Shown here piece by piece: positions 18,349-29,507 of a stretch of DNA of 56,068 nt. Every line of letters starts with the position of its first letter. Positions within the stretch are counted from its first letter, which is position 1. The notes under the pieces are model-generated. The model saw only the letters and a list, made by a program, of their open reading frames with translations, was not told where the DNA came from and made no database searches. The stretch spans positions 1-56,068 of the forward strand of contig CAIQCQ010000015.1 in NCBI GenBank assembly GCA_903870365.1, in the 5' to 3' direction. Source of the stretch: an uncultured bacterium. Lineage in GTDB: Bacteria > Patescibacteriota > Minisyncoccia > Phycocordibacterales > DATDWN01. Position numbers and translations under genes: made by a program.

Positions 18349-18420
18349 AGCCGCTGCTGGGAATCGGACCCAGGACCTTTTCCTTACCAAGGAAATATTC
18401 TACCACTGAACTACAACGGC
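18349..18420 (-). tRNA. tRNA-Thr(GGU)
   Basis: GCCGTTG/CAGCGGC, TTTCC-TTGGTAA-GGAAA, T-loop TCCGATT. Confidence 0.93.
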
Positions 18421-18491
18421 AAAACCCTCAAAAACCACACAAAGACAACTATGGCATCATAGTACAAAAACGCTATATTTCCAAACGGATA

Positions 18492-18962
18492 TTACTTCTT
18501 CTGCAACACTTTCAAATCAGCCAACACTTCCTCTGCATGAGTTTCTGGTTTTACTTTCTCATATATTTTTGCAATTTTTCCTGCTGGATCAATCAAAAAA
18601 CTCGTTCGCAATGTCCCCATATACTTTCTACCATACATACTTTTTTCAGCCCATACACCATAGCGAGTAACTATCTTTTTGTCTTCATCAGAAAGCAATG
18701 TAAACGGCAAACCGTACTTGTCCGCAAATTTTCTATGACTAGCTACTGAATCAATAGATACACCAAACACCCCTAATTTTAATTTTTTAAAATGTGGCAA
18801 TTCATCCCTAATAGCGCATGCCTCTGCAGTACAACCACTGGTGTCGTCTTTAGGATAAAAATAGAGTAAGACCCACTTACCAAGACATTCAGCAAGTGTA
18901 TGTTTCTTGCCATCTTGATCGAGTAAACTAAACGCAGGTGCTTTGGTACCAAGTTTAATCAT
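18492..18962 (-). CDS. bcp: Thioredoxin-dependent peroxiredoxin Bcp
   Basis: LYFYPKDDTSGCTAEAC. Confidence 0.95.
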   Translation of the reverse strand: MIKLGTKAPAFSLLDQDGKKHTLAECLGKWVLLYFYPKDDTSGCTAEACAIRDELPHFKKLKLGVFGVSIDSVASHRKFADKYGLPFTLLSDEDKKIVTRYGVWAEKSMYGRKYMGTLRTSFLIDPAGKIAKIYEKVKPETHAEEVLADLKVLQKK

Positions 18963-18965
18963 ATA

Positions 18966-19550
18966 TTAGTGAGCTAGAAATTTATACATCCGCATACCAA
19001 TGATCGATCCCACAATCGGTCCGAATACATAGGCAAGATTGAGTGAACCAATGCCAAAAGCTACTGCCGGGTTTAATACACCATTTGATCCAAGTAATGC
19101 AGCGATAGTAATACCAAGAAGCAAGGAGCCTCCCACAACCAATCCTGAGGCATCCTGTGGGGTTTTGCCATACACAGCAGAGGCAATACCAAAGGTAAAG
19201 AAAAAGGTACCAAGAAATTCTGCACCAAACACTGCCAGTGAATTCACCACTGTTAATGGAGCAATACCGACAGTAGAACTGACCACAGACATGGCAACAA
19301 ACGCACCGATACATTGAGCAATAATATACATCAGTGCCTCTGCCGGTTTAACTTTACCAATAGACCACAAACCCATTGTCACCGCCGGGTTAATATGGGA
19401 CCCTGAAACATGACCAATGGAGTAGACAAACAGCATCAACACAAGAGCCGCTAATACAGGAGTGGCAACAACAAAACCAATTTTCAATGATAATGCTACT
19501 ACCAATGTCAGTGCTCCTGTTCCCAATACTTCAGCAATATATTTTTTCAT
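18966..19550 (-). CDS. Aquaporin (MIP family)
   Basis: Two NPA motifs (SGSHINPAVT, LNPAVA). Confidence 0.93.
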   Translation of the reverse strand: MKKYIAEVLGTGALTLVVALSLKIGFVVATPVLAALVLMLFVYSIGHVSGSHINPAVTMGLWSIGKVKPAEALMYIIAQCIGAFVAMSVVSSTVGIAPLTVVNSLAVFGAEFLGTFFFTFGIASAVYGKTPQDASGLVVGGSLLLGITIAALLGSNGVLNPAVAFGIGSLNLAYVFGPIVGSIIGMRMYKFLAH

Positions 19551-19746
19551 ATAATACATCTAAATAGTAATACGCACAGTATAGCATCTCTGATATGTGT
19601 AAAAACAGTATCTTCACTATGTCTGATATTGTCATATACTGCAATAAAACCCTCTTCAAAGGGTTCTGTTATAGAACTTGATGTAATAATCATGAGTCTG
19701 AAACGACTGTATGATATTGTCAGATTTTAATATCAAACAAAAAAAT

Positions 19747-19953
19747 ATGCATACAGGATGGCTTTGGATTTTTTTATGGATTATTCTCTGGGTGTTTATT
19801 TGGCCTGTCTTTCTGGTTCTTATACAACGAGTACGTAGAAAAAATGGTAGAGATGGAGTAAGTAATAAATCAGCTCTTGATATACTTAAAGAGCGTTACG
19901 CTAAAGGTGAAATTGATAAGGTGAAGTTTGATGAAATGAAAAAGGATATGTAA
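19747..19953 (+). CDS. SHOCT-domain small membrane protein
   Basis: TM followed by ALDILKERYAKGEIDKVKFDEMKK. Confidence 0.88.
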   Translation: MHTGWLWIFLWIILWVFIWPVFLVLIQRVRRKNGRDGVSNKSALDILKERYAKGEIDKVKFDEMKKDM

Positions 19954-20022
19954 TAAAAAAACTATAGAAACATCGTTTTTTTATACGTACGAGCAAAAGT
20001 CCCCTTCCGGGGATTTTGTTTG

Positions 20023-20333
20023 CGCGAGCGACCGGAGTTGAACCGGCGACCTCTTCCGTGCACTGATCCACTATTTTCATAATGGCGTGGACTATATCTT
20101 CACCATGAGTTTTACCTTGTAGGTGCTTTGGTATCTAGTCTCTACGGCGTCCCCTTCTCTTATTTTATTTTTATTAAAATAAGAACAATGAAGAGTTCCC
20201 ACGGTATTCGCATATCTATAGTAAAATAGACTTAGCCTTCACCGTTATCCCAAAGAGTTTCAATGTATTATTTCAATACAAAGCTGCATGTTTGTCTACA
20301 GGGAAGCGCTCTAACCAGCTGAGCTACGCCCGC
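20023..20333 (-). tRNA. tRNA-Asp(GUC), exons 20298-20333 and 20023-20060, split by a group I intron
   Basis: Spliced: GCGGGCGTAGCTCAGCTGGTTAGAGCGCTTCCCTGT^CACGGAAGAGGTCGCCGGTTCAACTCCGGTCGCTCGCG. Confidence 0.92.
20061..20297 (-). ncRNA. Group I self-splicing intron (237 nt, no ORF) between anticodon positions 35/36
   Basis: Exon ends in U, intron ends in G; GCAG guide pairs with CUGU; R element GTAGAGACTAG and S element AAGATATAGTCC. Confidence 0.9.
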
Positions 20334-20395
20334 AAATTGTCACCAACAAAAGAAATATAACAGATTTTAGAGATTCTGGCAAAAATCTCCAATTT

Positions 20396-20530
20396 TTGTG
20401 TCGATGAGTGGAAACGCCCGCACCTCTCAGCTCGCCGTCGCTCGCTTCGGGTTGGGCACCGACTCGCGTTTTCGTGTGGTCACGAAAAACCGCTCCGTCG
20501 TCCGATTCCACAAAAAAGCTCCGCTTTTTA
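20396..20530. repeat. tRNA(CAU)-associated element
   Basis: 20396-20413 = 20531-20548; 20500-20511 = reverse complement of 20543-20554; two-hairpin core between. Confidence 0.85.
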
Positions 20531-20533
20531 TTG

Positions 20534-20604
20534 TGTCGATGAGTGGAATCGGACCACTGTCTAAGGCTTATGAGTCCTTCGTTCTACCATTGAACTACAC
20601 CGAC
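20534..20604 (-). tRNA. tRNA with CAU anticodon (elongator Met or Ile2)
   Basis: GTCGGTG/CATCGAC acceptor, CTCATAA loop, T-loop TCCGATT. Confidence 0.88.
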
Positions 20605-20668
20605 AATAATACAGAATATACCAGAGAAATGGCTCGAACACAAAAATCCCTTTTGGGATTTTTATGTA

Positions 20669-20868
20669 ACTTGTTGCGGGGCCACGAATGGGCGACGAAT
20701 ATTTTACTTGCCGTCGCAAATAAAATTTCGCTACCCCGTCTCGGTTATTTTTTCTGCTGAAAAAATATACATGCGACTTGCAATTCGTGACACAGACAAA
20801 ACAGTTTGTCTGTTGTCTCCGCAACAACTATAAAACCAAAAACACCCTTGCGAGTGCTCTGGTTTTAT
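20669..20868. repeat. tRNA-fMet-associated element
   Basis: 20669-20689 = 20869-20889; inverted pieces TGCAATTCGTG (20779-20789) and CCGCAACAA (20819-20827). Confidence 0.85.
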
Positions 20869-20873
20869 ACTTG

Positions 20874-20944
20874 TTGCGGGGCCACGAATTGCACGTGGGG
20901 CTTCAGGTTATGAGCCTGACGAGATACTACTTCTCCACCCCGCT
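20874..20944 (-). tRNA. Initiator tRNA-fMet(CAU)
   Basis: AGCGGGG/CCCCGCA with 1:72 mismatch, TCAGG-CTCATAA-CCTGA, T-loop TGCAATT. Confidence 0.88.
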
Positions 20945-20982
20945 ATTACCACCATGGTAACACACTATCAGATACACTTCAA

Positions 20983-21930
20983 TTATATGAATTTAAATTC
21001 CTTAAACACTTCCTCATACAGACTGATAACCCGACGAGCTTCACGTTCTGTCACATGAAAATCACTACCACTGTGCGCAATCTCATTTCTGACCTTATGT
21101 GCTTCCCATGCCAGATTAAGTGTTCGAAAATCTGCCTTATCGACTGACTTGAGTTTCTCACCAATGGAATCTCCCATAAGTGACATAGTCCCCAACAAAT
21201 CTGCCAACATAATATCTGCTTCAATGATGGCTAAACGCCAATCATTTTCATTGGTTGATGACATATGTAATTTGACATGTTCCCATTTTGGGTTAGTTGC
21301 AATCTCTGCAGTTACTGCTATGGCAGACGGATACATTCGCACTCTATTATCTCGACGCAACTGTGTTAACTTTCTAACGACACGAACCACGCCAATAGCT
21401 GCAAGAATAGCGATAATCCACAATATATATTTCACCACCCAGATAATTTTCCATAGATACAAAATAATATTTTCAAATGCACTTGGCTGACTATCCACAT
21501 ACCCGATACTCCCCTGATCTACCCACCAATCAACACCACTCTCAAAATCAACATAATAATATGTTACACTGCCGACAGTCACTGGACCTTGTGTGATAGT
21601 TCCTTTTGCATCAAAATTTTGAGCACCAATTTTATTTCCTCCTGCCGAACCAAACACAGACACAGGAGACCGTGTAGTCACAATATGTGCCCCAATCGGT
21701 TGTGCAAGAGAGTCTATCGGTCGTGTATGAGCCAATACAATACCTTCTGGTGTCAGACCACTCCATCCGCCTTTCAAACTCAAATTTTTACTGACAAAAT
21801 TTGAGATACCTGCCATAAGCACACCCAACACAAGTACAATCAAAAAAATTTCCATTACTTCACCGATCATACTTTTTTCTGCCGGTGCAGCTTCAGGAGC
21901 TTTTGGTGGTTTTGGTTTTTCGTCAGCCAT
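20983..21930 (-). CDS. 2-TM protein with external SH3-like segment and C-terminal HEPN/DUF4145-like domain
   Basis: Two TM helices; AIIEADIML...GEKLK...AWEAHKVRNEIAH (RxxxxH). Confidence 0.7.
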   Translation of the reverse strand: MADEKPKPPKAPEAAPAEKSMIGEVMEIFLIVLVLGVLMAGISNFVSKNLSLKGGWSGLTPEGIVLAHTRPIDSLAQPIGAHIVTTRSPVSVFGSAGGNKIGAQNFDAKGTITQGPVTVGSVTYYYVDFESGVDWWVDQGSIGYVDSQPSAFENIILYLWKIIWVVKYILWIIAILAAIGVVRVVRKLTQLRRDNRVRMYPSAIAVTAEIATNPKWEHVKLHMSSTNENDWRLAIIEADIMLADLLGTMSLMGDSIGEKLKSVDKADFRTLNLAWEAHKVRNEIAHSGSDFHVTEREARRVISLYEEVFKEFKFI

Positions 21931-21989
21931 GTAAAATAGAAATACGAATTAAGAATTACGAATAATAAGTAAGACTGCTATTATATCAT

Positions 21990-22086
21990 CCCGTTAGAGT
22001 TTTATCTCGATATGATTGTGGTAGAAAAGCATTTTTACCAAAGAAATCTTTTATTATTATAAAGATCGTATTAAAACTCTAACGGG
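21990..22086. mobile_element. MITE-like element copy 3
   Basis: Same 15-bp TIR as copy 2; flanks ATCAT/ATTAT; abuts the gatA stop. Confidence 0.85.
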
Positions 22087-22087
22087 A

Positions 22088-23506
22088 TTATTCTCCGAAA
22101 AATTTCTTACCGATATCAAATAATACAGACTCACCTCCGTGCGGAGCCATAAATTGAATACCGAGTGGAAGTTTTTTACCATCTACATCGACAAATCCAG
22201 ATGGTACGGATAAAGCGGGAATACCCACAATGTTTGCAGTCACCGTAAATATGTCTGCAAGGTACGCTGACAATGGATCACCTTTTTCCCCTATTTTCCA
22301 CGCAGGCATGGGTGCTGTTGGCGTGACAATAATATCAACCGTACGAAAGGCGTCCGCAAATTCTCGTTGCAAAACATTTCGAGCGACCTGAGCTTTACCA
22401 TAATAGGCGTCATAATACCCTGATGAGAGAACGTACGTACCCAGAAGAATACGTCGACGAACCTCCGGACCAAAACCAGTACCTCGAGTTAATAAATAGT
22501 CTTCGAGTAAATCCTTACCATCAACATGCAGACCGTATTTCACACCATCAAAACGAGCGAGGTTTGATGATACTTCGGCTGGCATCAAAATATAATAGAC
22601 AGCGAGAGATAGGCCAATATTAGGTAGAGACACATCTACAATTTCACAACCACTCGCCTCAAGTTTTTTTATAGCTTGTGTAAAATTTTCTTTGATTGCA
22701 CCATCAACACCCTCTTGATTGACTACATCCCATGGAACACCTATCTTGAAACTTGAAGATTGCGTTTTGAAACTTGAAGATTGAGAGATCGTTGTCCCAT
22801 CCAATACATCCTGACCTCGGATAGCATCAAATATAATTTCTGTATCCTCTACCGTCTTGCCGATTGGACCAATAATATCAAGAGATGAGCCCATGGCCAT
22901 GAGACCACTACGCGAGACGGCACCATACGTCGGCTTACACCCAACTACCCCACAAAAAGCAGCCGGCTGACGTACAGAACCACCAGTGTCTGATCCCAAT
23001 GCCCCCAAAGCCATATTGGCGGCCACAGCCACTGCAGAACCACCAGACGAACCACCAGCGACACGACCAGTATCATGTGGGTTTTTTGTCACACCATAGG
23101 CCGAATTTTCAGTTGAACCACCCATGGCAAACTCATCCATATTGACTCGACCCAAAAACACAGCCCCCTGGGCTTTTAGTTTGGTAATAACGGTCGCATC
23201 ATATGAAGCCACATAGTTTTCCAAAATTTTTGATGCAGCTGACACTTTTTTGCCTTGTATTAAAATATTGTCTTTAATGGCAAGTGGAATACCTAATAGT
23301 GGACATGACTCACCTTGCGCGATCCGTGCATCTGCTGCTGCCGCTTGAGTCAAGACATCATCATACACTTCCAAATAGACATTGAGCTCTGTATTTTTCT
23401 TGGCAATTTCATCAAGGTAGGCTTGCGCCAAATCAACAGCAGAATATTCTTTTGCATCAAGAGATTTTCGAGCATTGAGAATAGTGAGCGTGTTGAGATC
23501 TATCAT
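22088..23506 (-). CDS. gatA: Asp/Glu-tRNA amidotransferase subunit A
   Basis: MDEFAMGGSTENS, GGSSGGS, GSDTGGSVRQPA, EVRRRILLGT. Confidence 0.97.
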   Translation of the reverse strand: MIDLNTLTILNARKSLDAKEYSAVDLAQAYLDEIAKKNTELNVYLEVYDDVLTQAAAADARIAQGESCPLLGIPLAIKDNILIQGKKVSAASKILENYVASYDATVITKLKAQGAVFLGRVNMDEFAMGGSTENSAYGVTKNPHDTGRVAGGSSGGSAVAVAANMALGALGSDTGGSVRQPAAFCGVVGCKPTYGAVSRSGLMAMGSSLDIIGPIGKTVEDTEIIFDAIRGQDVLDGTTISQSSSFKTQSSSFKIGVPWDVVNQEGVDGAIKENFTQAIKKLEASGCEIVDVSLPNIGLSLAVYYILMPAEVSSNLARFDGVKYGLHVDGKDLLEDYLLTRGTGFGPEVRRRILLGTYVLSSGYYDAYYGKAQVARNVLQREFADAFRTVDIIVTPTAPMPAWKIGEKGDPLSAYLADIFTVTANIVGIPALSVPSGFVDVDGKKLPLGIQFMAPHGGESVLFDIGKKFFGE

Positions 23507-23516
23507 CGCAGTAATA

Positions 23517-23795
23517 TTATAGGATTTTTTTAACTTTCAAATAATCCCCTTCTCGTGCAGGAGCTGCTGACAATAAAATTTCCGTATACTCACCAGATTG
23601 GTGTGTGACCACATCATCCCGCATAACATTATGTACAGAAGAAAGATCTGCTGTGGTTTCCACAGACAGATTTTTTACCTGACTCACATATGCCAAAATA
23701 CTTTCAATGTCTGTACGCATTGACTCCTTTTCTTCGTCAGAGACTTGAATCCGAGCCAAACTAGCCAATTTTTCTATGTCAGCTGTAGTGATCAT
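23517..23795 (-). CDS. gatC: Asp/Glu-tRNA amidotransferase subunit C
   Basis: IEKLASLARI, NVMRDD, AP..EGDYLKVKKIL; adjacent to gatA. Confidence 0.93.
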   Translation of the reverse strand: MITTADIEKLASLARIQVSDEEKESMRTDIESILAYVSQVKNLSVETTADLSSVHNVMRDDVVTHQSGEYTEILLSAAPAREGDYLKVKKIL

Positions 23796-23875
23796 TTTTT
23801 CATATTAACATGTATTATTAAAAATTTCAGTTTGTATTATTATAAATATAATGGTTTAATAAACATGGAGCAAAA

Positions 23876-26102
<2,227 letters not shown>

Positions 26103-26624
26103 TTAGTACTGTATGGTAACACCTCTCTCTAATCGACGGGAGCCCGAGCAAAGATTGTATCCTCTCGATTGTATGATTGTGTTTGGAGCTACCACATTTT
26201 TGGTCACCGTTACAATAGCACAGCCTGTACCGATATTGATTTGAAATATACTACTGCTATTTGACCCCCCACCGCCAACACGACTTGCTTGGGTTGGTGT
26301 TGTCTGTATAGTTTCATTACCTGTTGTAATAGTTTGTCCATTACAACGCACGGTACCTGGAGTAGTATTATCAAAAGCACTGATCGAGCCATTTTTGACA
26401 TCAGCCATCAAGGCACACTCAAGACCTGTATCAGCATTATAAAACGCAATATGAGATTCAGAACCAGAAGTCGATAACAAAAGCTGTTCGACAGAAAGAT
26501 TAGCTGTAGCATAGGCAACCAAAATCAATACTCCTGTTAAAATAATAGCAGTATATAGAGCATACCCACCATCTGTATTTTTCTTTTTGTTATATGTAGA
26601 CATTGTAGTATGTATATTATTCAT
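26103..26624 (-). CDS. PilX-like minor pilin
   Basis: GYALYTAII N-terminus lacking E5; AFYNADTGLECA. Confidence 0.75.
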   Translation of the reverse strand: MNNIHTTMSTYNKKKNTDGGYALYTAIILTGVLILVAYATANLSVEQLLLSTSGSESHIAFYNADTGLECALMADVKNGSISAFDNTTPGTVRCNGQTITTGNETIQTTPTQASRVGGGGSNSSSIFQINIGTGCAIVTVTKNVVAPNTIIQSRGYNLCSGSRRLERGVTIQY

Positions 26625-26631
26625 ATATACC

Positions 26632-27210
26632 CTATTGCCAATTTTCCAACACTTCAGACAATGTATAGGTCTTTGTTACTCCATTGGTCGTCCATGTGAT
26701 AATTGATGATACGGTTACTTCCGTTGCTGAATTAACAACAATACTGATGCTTCTTTTAAAATTTGTATTCGACCAAGAGCTGGTATATCCATACAACCCA
26801 GACAAAGTATCTCTATGTAACAAAGGACAACTCGATGCATCGCTTGAGCATGTACTCACCAAATTTTGTGATACATCTACCGTACAAAACTTTCCAGTAC
26901 CATAACATGGATCACCTGATGCCTGTGCCAAACCAGTTAACCAGAGAACGTTACCACCTGTTGCATATGCATGAGTATTGGCAATACCATTGGTATCTCT
27001 CCAGTTTCTCACAAATTCAATTCCCTCATCAGCCAAAAAATATGCTGTTGTCTGATCCTGAGAAAAATTTGAACTACGAAGATTATTTGAAATAGCTGTA
27101 AAAGTAGCGAGAATAGCGATGGAAAGGATTGAAATAGCAACCAATAGTTCGACAAGAGTAAACCCGAAACTCCACATCCTTCTATTTTTTTGGCATATGA
27201 ACTTTGACAT
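26632..27210 (-). CDS. PilV-like minor pilin
   Basis: GFTLVELLVA; AYFLADEGIEFVRN. Confidence 0.85.
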   Translation of the reverse strand: MSKFICQKNRRMWSFGFTLVELLVAISILSIAILATFTAISNNLRSSNFSQDQTTAYFLADEGIEFVRNWRDTNGIANTHAYATGGNVLWLTGLAQASGDPCYGTGKFCTVDVSQNLVSTCSSDASSCPLLHRDTLSGLYGYTSSWSNTNFKRSISIVVNSATEVTVSSIITWTTNGVTKTYTLSEVLENWQ

Positions 27211-27222
27211 GTGAATTTATTT

Positions 27223-27816
27223 TTATATATCTAACTTCCGTTGTGACACAGTCGTCTCTAATTGAAAAGATGTCTGTGTTATTGTTTTATTAGCACTACC
27301 AGCCAAACCAGCTACTGCAATAGTCACTCGTGGTTGGAGATAATCAACTCCATATGCAGGTGCTCCAAACACATAAAATTTAATATTACTGATAGTTACC
27401 TCAGGAGAAGTCAACGCCAATGCTGTACCACTATTAACAGAGCGTGTGAGGGCACCTCCTGTCACAGTATAAGTTACCAATGACCCGTCAGACGCAGTGA
27501 CAGTCAAACTTGTATCTCCACTTGAACAATTTTGAGGTGCAGTTAGTGTCCCACTGAGGCCGCAATGAAAATTTGTTCCAAAGCGTACTGTTCGTGACAC
27601 TGACTCCAATGCAAAATCCAGATTGTCCATGGCAGTCTTTGCAGATTGAGCTTTACTGTTAATATTTAAAATACTCAGCACTGCACCCATCACTAACAAC
27701 ATAATAACCACAAAAATAGACATAGATACCATCAATTCAACCAGAGTAAATCCAGCACCACTTTTAATGGAATATCTAGATTGCATACATTTACTTTTGC
27801 GGTTGAATATATTCAT
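27223..27816 (-). CDS. PilW-like minor pilin
   Basis: GFTLVELMVS prepilin motif. Confidence 0.85.
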   Translation of the reverse strand: MNIFNRKSKCMQSRYSIKSGAGFTLVELMVSMSIFVVIMLLVMGAVLSILNINSKAQSAKTAMDNLDFALESVSRTVRFGTNFHCGLSGTLTAPQNCSSGDTSLTVTASDGSLVTYTVTGGALTRSVNSGTALALTSPEVTISNIKFYVFGAPAYGVDYLQPRVTIAVAGLAGSANKTITQTSFQLETTVSQRKLDI

Positions 27817-27885
27817 ATATATATTTATGTATCAAAAGTGGTGCTGGATAAACCCCCTATTCATTGAATTTTCAATATCATATAT

Positions 27886-28506
27886 TTACTGCACACTCAC
27901 CTGCCCTGTGGAACCAACAGAAACTGTTTTTGTATTACCTTGTACACTAGTCAGCACAACAGACCCTGAAACCCATGGACCAGACAATACTATCCCCGAT
28001 GGGTTTAACAATGTAATTGTAGCATCAAGACTTGGTCGAAGAAATGTCATAGCAACTGACTGAACAGTTGCATCACACACCGGGGCGCCAGAGCTTTTTA
28101 CACCACAAAGAGACTGTATATTCACTCCGTTACGCAAGATAAGCTGTTTAATACATTCATCACCCGAGACGCCACACCCACCAGTAGATGTATATTGTTT
28201 ATCACCATTAGTATCAACAAATAAAATGGCATACTTAGGATGTGTTTTATCAAAAACAATACCGTAACCATACCCAAACTGGCCAGTTCCAGAAGATACT
28301 TCACTAACTGACGATCCGTAGGACTGGACATCACGAATAGCTAATGAAATATCCTGCGCACTAGTTGACACATCGAGTTTATCACTAAAAGTTCGTCCAT
28401 TAGAAAATAACACCGCACTAACCAGAGAAATAATAGCAATAACAACAAGAAGTTCAATGAGGGTAAACGCCCTATTTGTTTTTAATTTGGAATTTTTAAT
28501 TTTCAT
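27886..28506 (-). CDS. FimT/GspH-like minor pilin
   Basis: AFTLIELLVVIAII prepilin motif. Confidence 0.85.
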   Translation of the reverse strand: MKIKNSKLKTNRAFTLIELLVVIAIISLVSAVLFSNGRTFSDKLDVSTSAQDISLAIRDVQSYGSSVSEVSSGTGQFGYGYGIVFDKTHPKYAILFVDTNGDKQYTSTGGCGVSGDECIKQLILRNGVNIQSLCGVKSSGAPVCDATVQSVAMTFLRPSLDATITLLNPSGIVLSGPWVSGSVVLTSVQGNTKTVSVGSTGQVSVQ

Positions 28507-28517
28507 ATTCTCGTGTG

Positions 28518-29396
28518 TTACATTCCAAAAAACTGACTGATACCTAACACATCAACATGAGTAAAGAACACAATACAAACTCCAAGAATTAAAAATGGTC
28601 CCAGTGGTACTTCTGATCCAGCAGTAAGATGAAATATTCCTGGGAATATACGCTGAATTACTAATAATAGTAAACAAACAGCTGCTCCAATCCAAAATCC
28701 CAAGACAATAGCAGATAAACCATATACAAAACCCAGCAGTGCACCGATACCGACAGCTAACTTGGCATCACCAAAACCAATCCACCTACCTTGTGAGACT
28801 ACCCAGAGAAGCCAAAATGGTGTAAACAATATGAGAGGAGCAAAGAGATCCATGATATAAGGAAAATGAAAAGAGGTAGAAAGAAAACTACCACCAGAAA
28901 TAATGGGGAAACAAAAAAGATAAAAAACAATTAATTTGATTGCTGACAAACCGATAAACCAGAAAACAAACTCATTCGGAATAATCTTGTGACGCATGTC
29001 ATAGACAGCAATAATAAGGAGGATGGAAACAATAGAAAAATAGAAAAAGAGAAGAATAGAAGAATAGAGTAATCCGTGGGCATAGGTCGAATACAGAGTG
29101 GTATATAAAACATACTGACGAACAAAAACTAAAGCAAACAAAACAGCTGAAGAGATTTCAACGAGTGGATACTGACAAGATATATGAGTACCACAACCAG
29201 AACACCGACCTCGCAAAAAGAGAAAAGAAACAACCGGAATATTTTCATACCAATGAAGTTGTTTGCCGCAGGTCAAACACATTGAACGTCCAGTCATTGC
29301 CGATTTTCCTGTGTTATATCGATAAATCACCACATTCAAAAAACTACCAATAAACAGGCCGAGTACAGAAAAAAGTACTAATGCGTAGTAAATCAT
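28518..29396 (-). CDS. pilD: Prepilin peptidase
   Basis: GSFLNVVIYR, two CxxC, YD..H..IP, GFGDAKL, PLGPF. Confidence 0.95.
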   Translation of the reverse strand: MIYYALVLFSVLGLFIGSFLNVVIYRYNTGKSAMTGRSMCLTCGKQLHWYENIPVVSFLFLRGRCSGCGTHISCQYPLVEISSAVLFALVFVRQYVLYTTLYSTYAHGLLYSSILLFFYFSIVSILLIIAVYDMRHKIIPNEFVFWFIGLSAIKLIVFYLFCFPIISGGSFLSTSFHFPYIMDLFAPLILFTPFWLLWVVSQGRWIGFGDAKLAVGIGALLGFVYGLSAIVLGFWIGAAVCLLLLVIQRIFPGIFHLTAGSEVPLGPFLILGVCIVFFTHVDVLGISQFFGM

Positions 29397-29447
29397 ATAC
29401 ATAATTATACAGGTAAATATGTGAATTGGTACACAGTGTGTGAATAA

Positions 29448-29472
29448 CAAAAAACCGCCGAAGCGGTTTTTT
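29448..29472 (-). terminator. Terminator after major pilin
   Basis: AAAAAACCGC-CGAA-GCGGTTTTTT. Confidence 0.75.
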
Positions 29473-29507
29473 GACATTCTCACACCAAGCAAGAATACTC
29501 AACAGAA

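Noticed and set aside
18347-18406. N-terminal extension of ORF 17942..18406
   Set aside because: Overlaps tRNA-Thr(GGU); the real start is the ATG at 18346.
20396-20689. Prophage attL/attR or tRNA-primed reverse transcription as explanation of tRNA 3' duplicates
   Set aside because: No integrase or cargo, inverted copies are present, and duplicates include genomic trailer instead of CCA; kept instead as a separate finding.
20311-20960. ORFs 20311..20511, 20398..20760, 20561..20827, 20778..20960
   Set aside because: They run across tRNA genes and GC-rich hairpins; no protein motifs.
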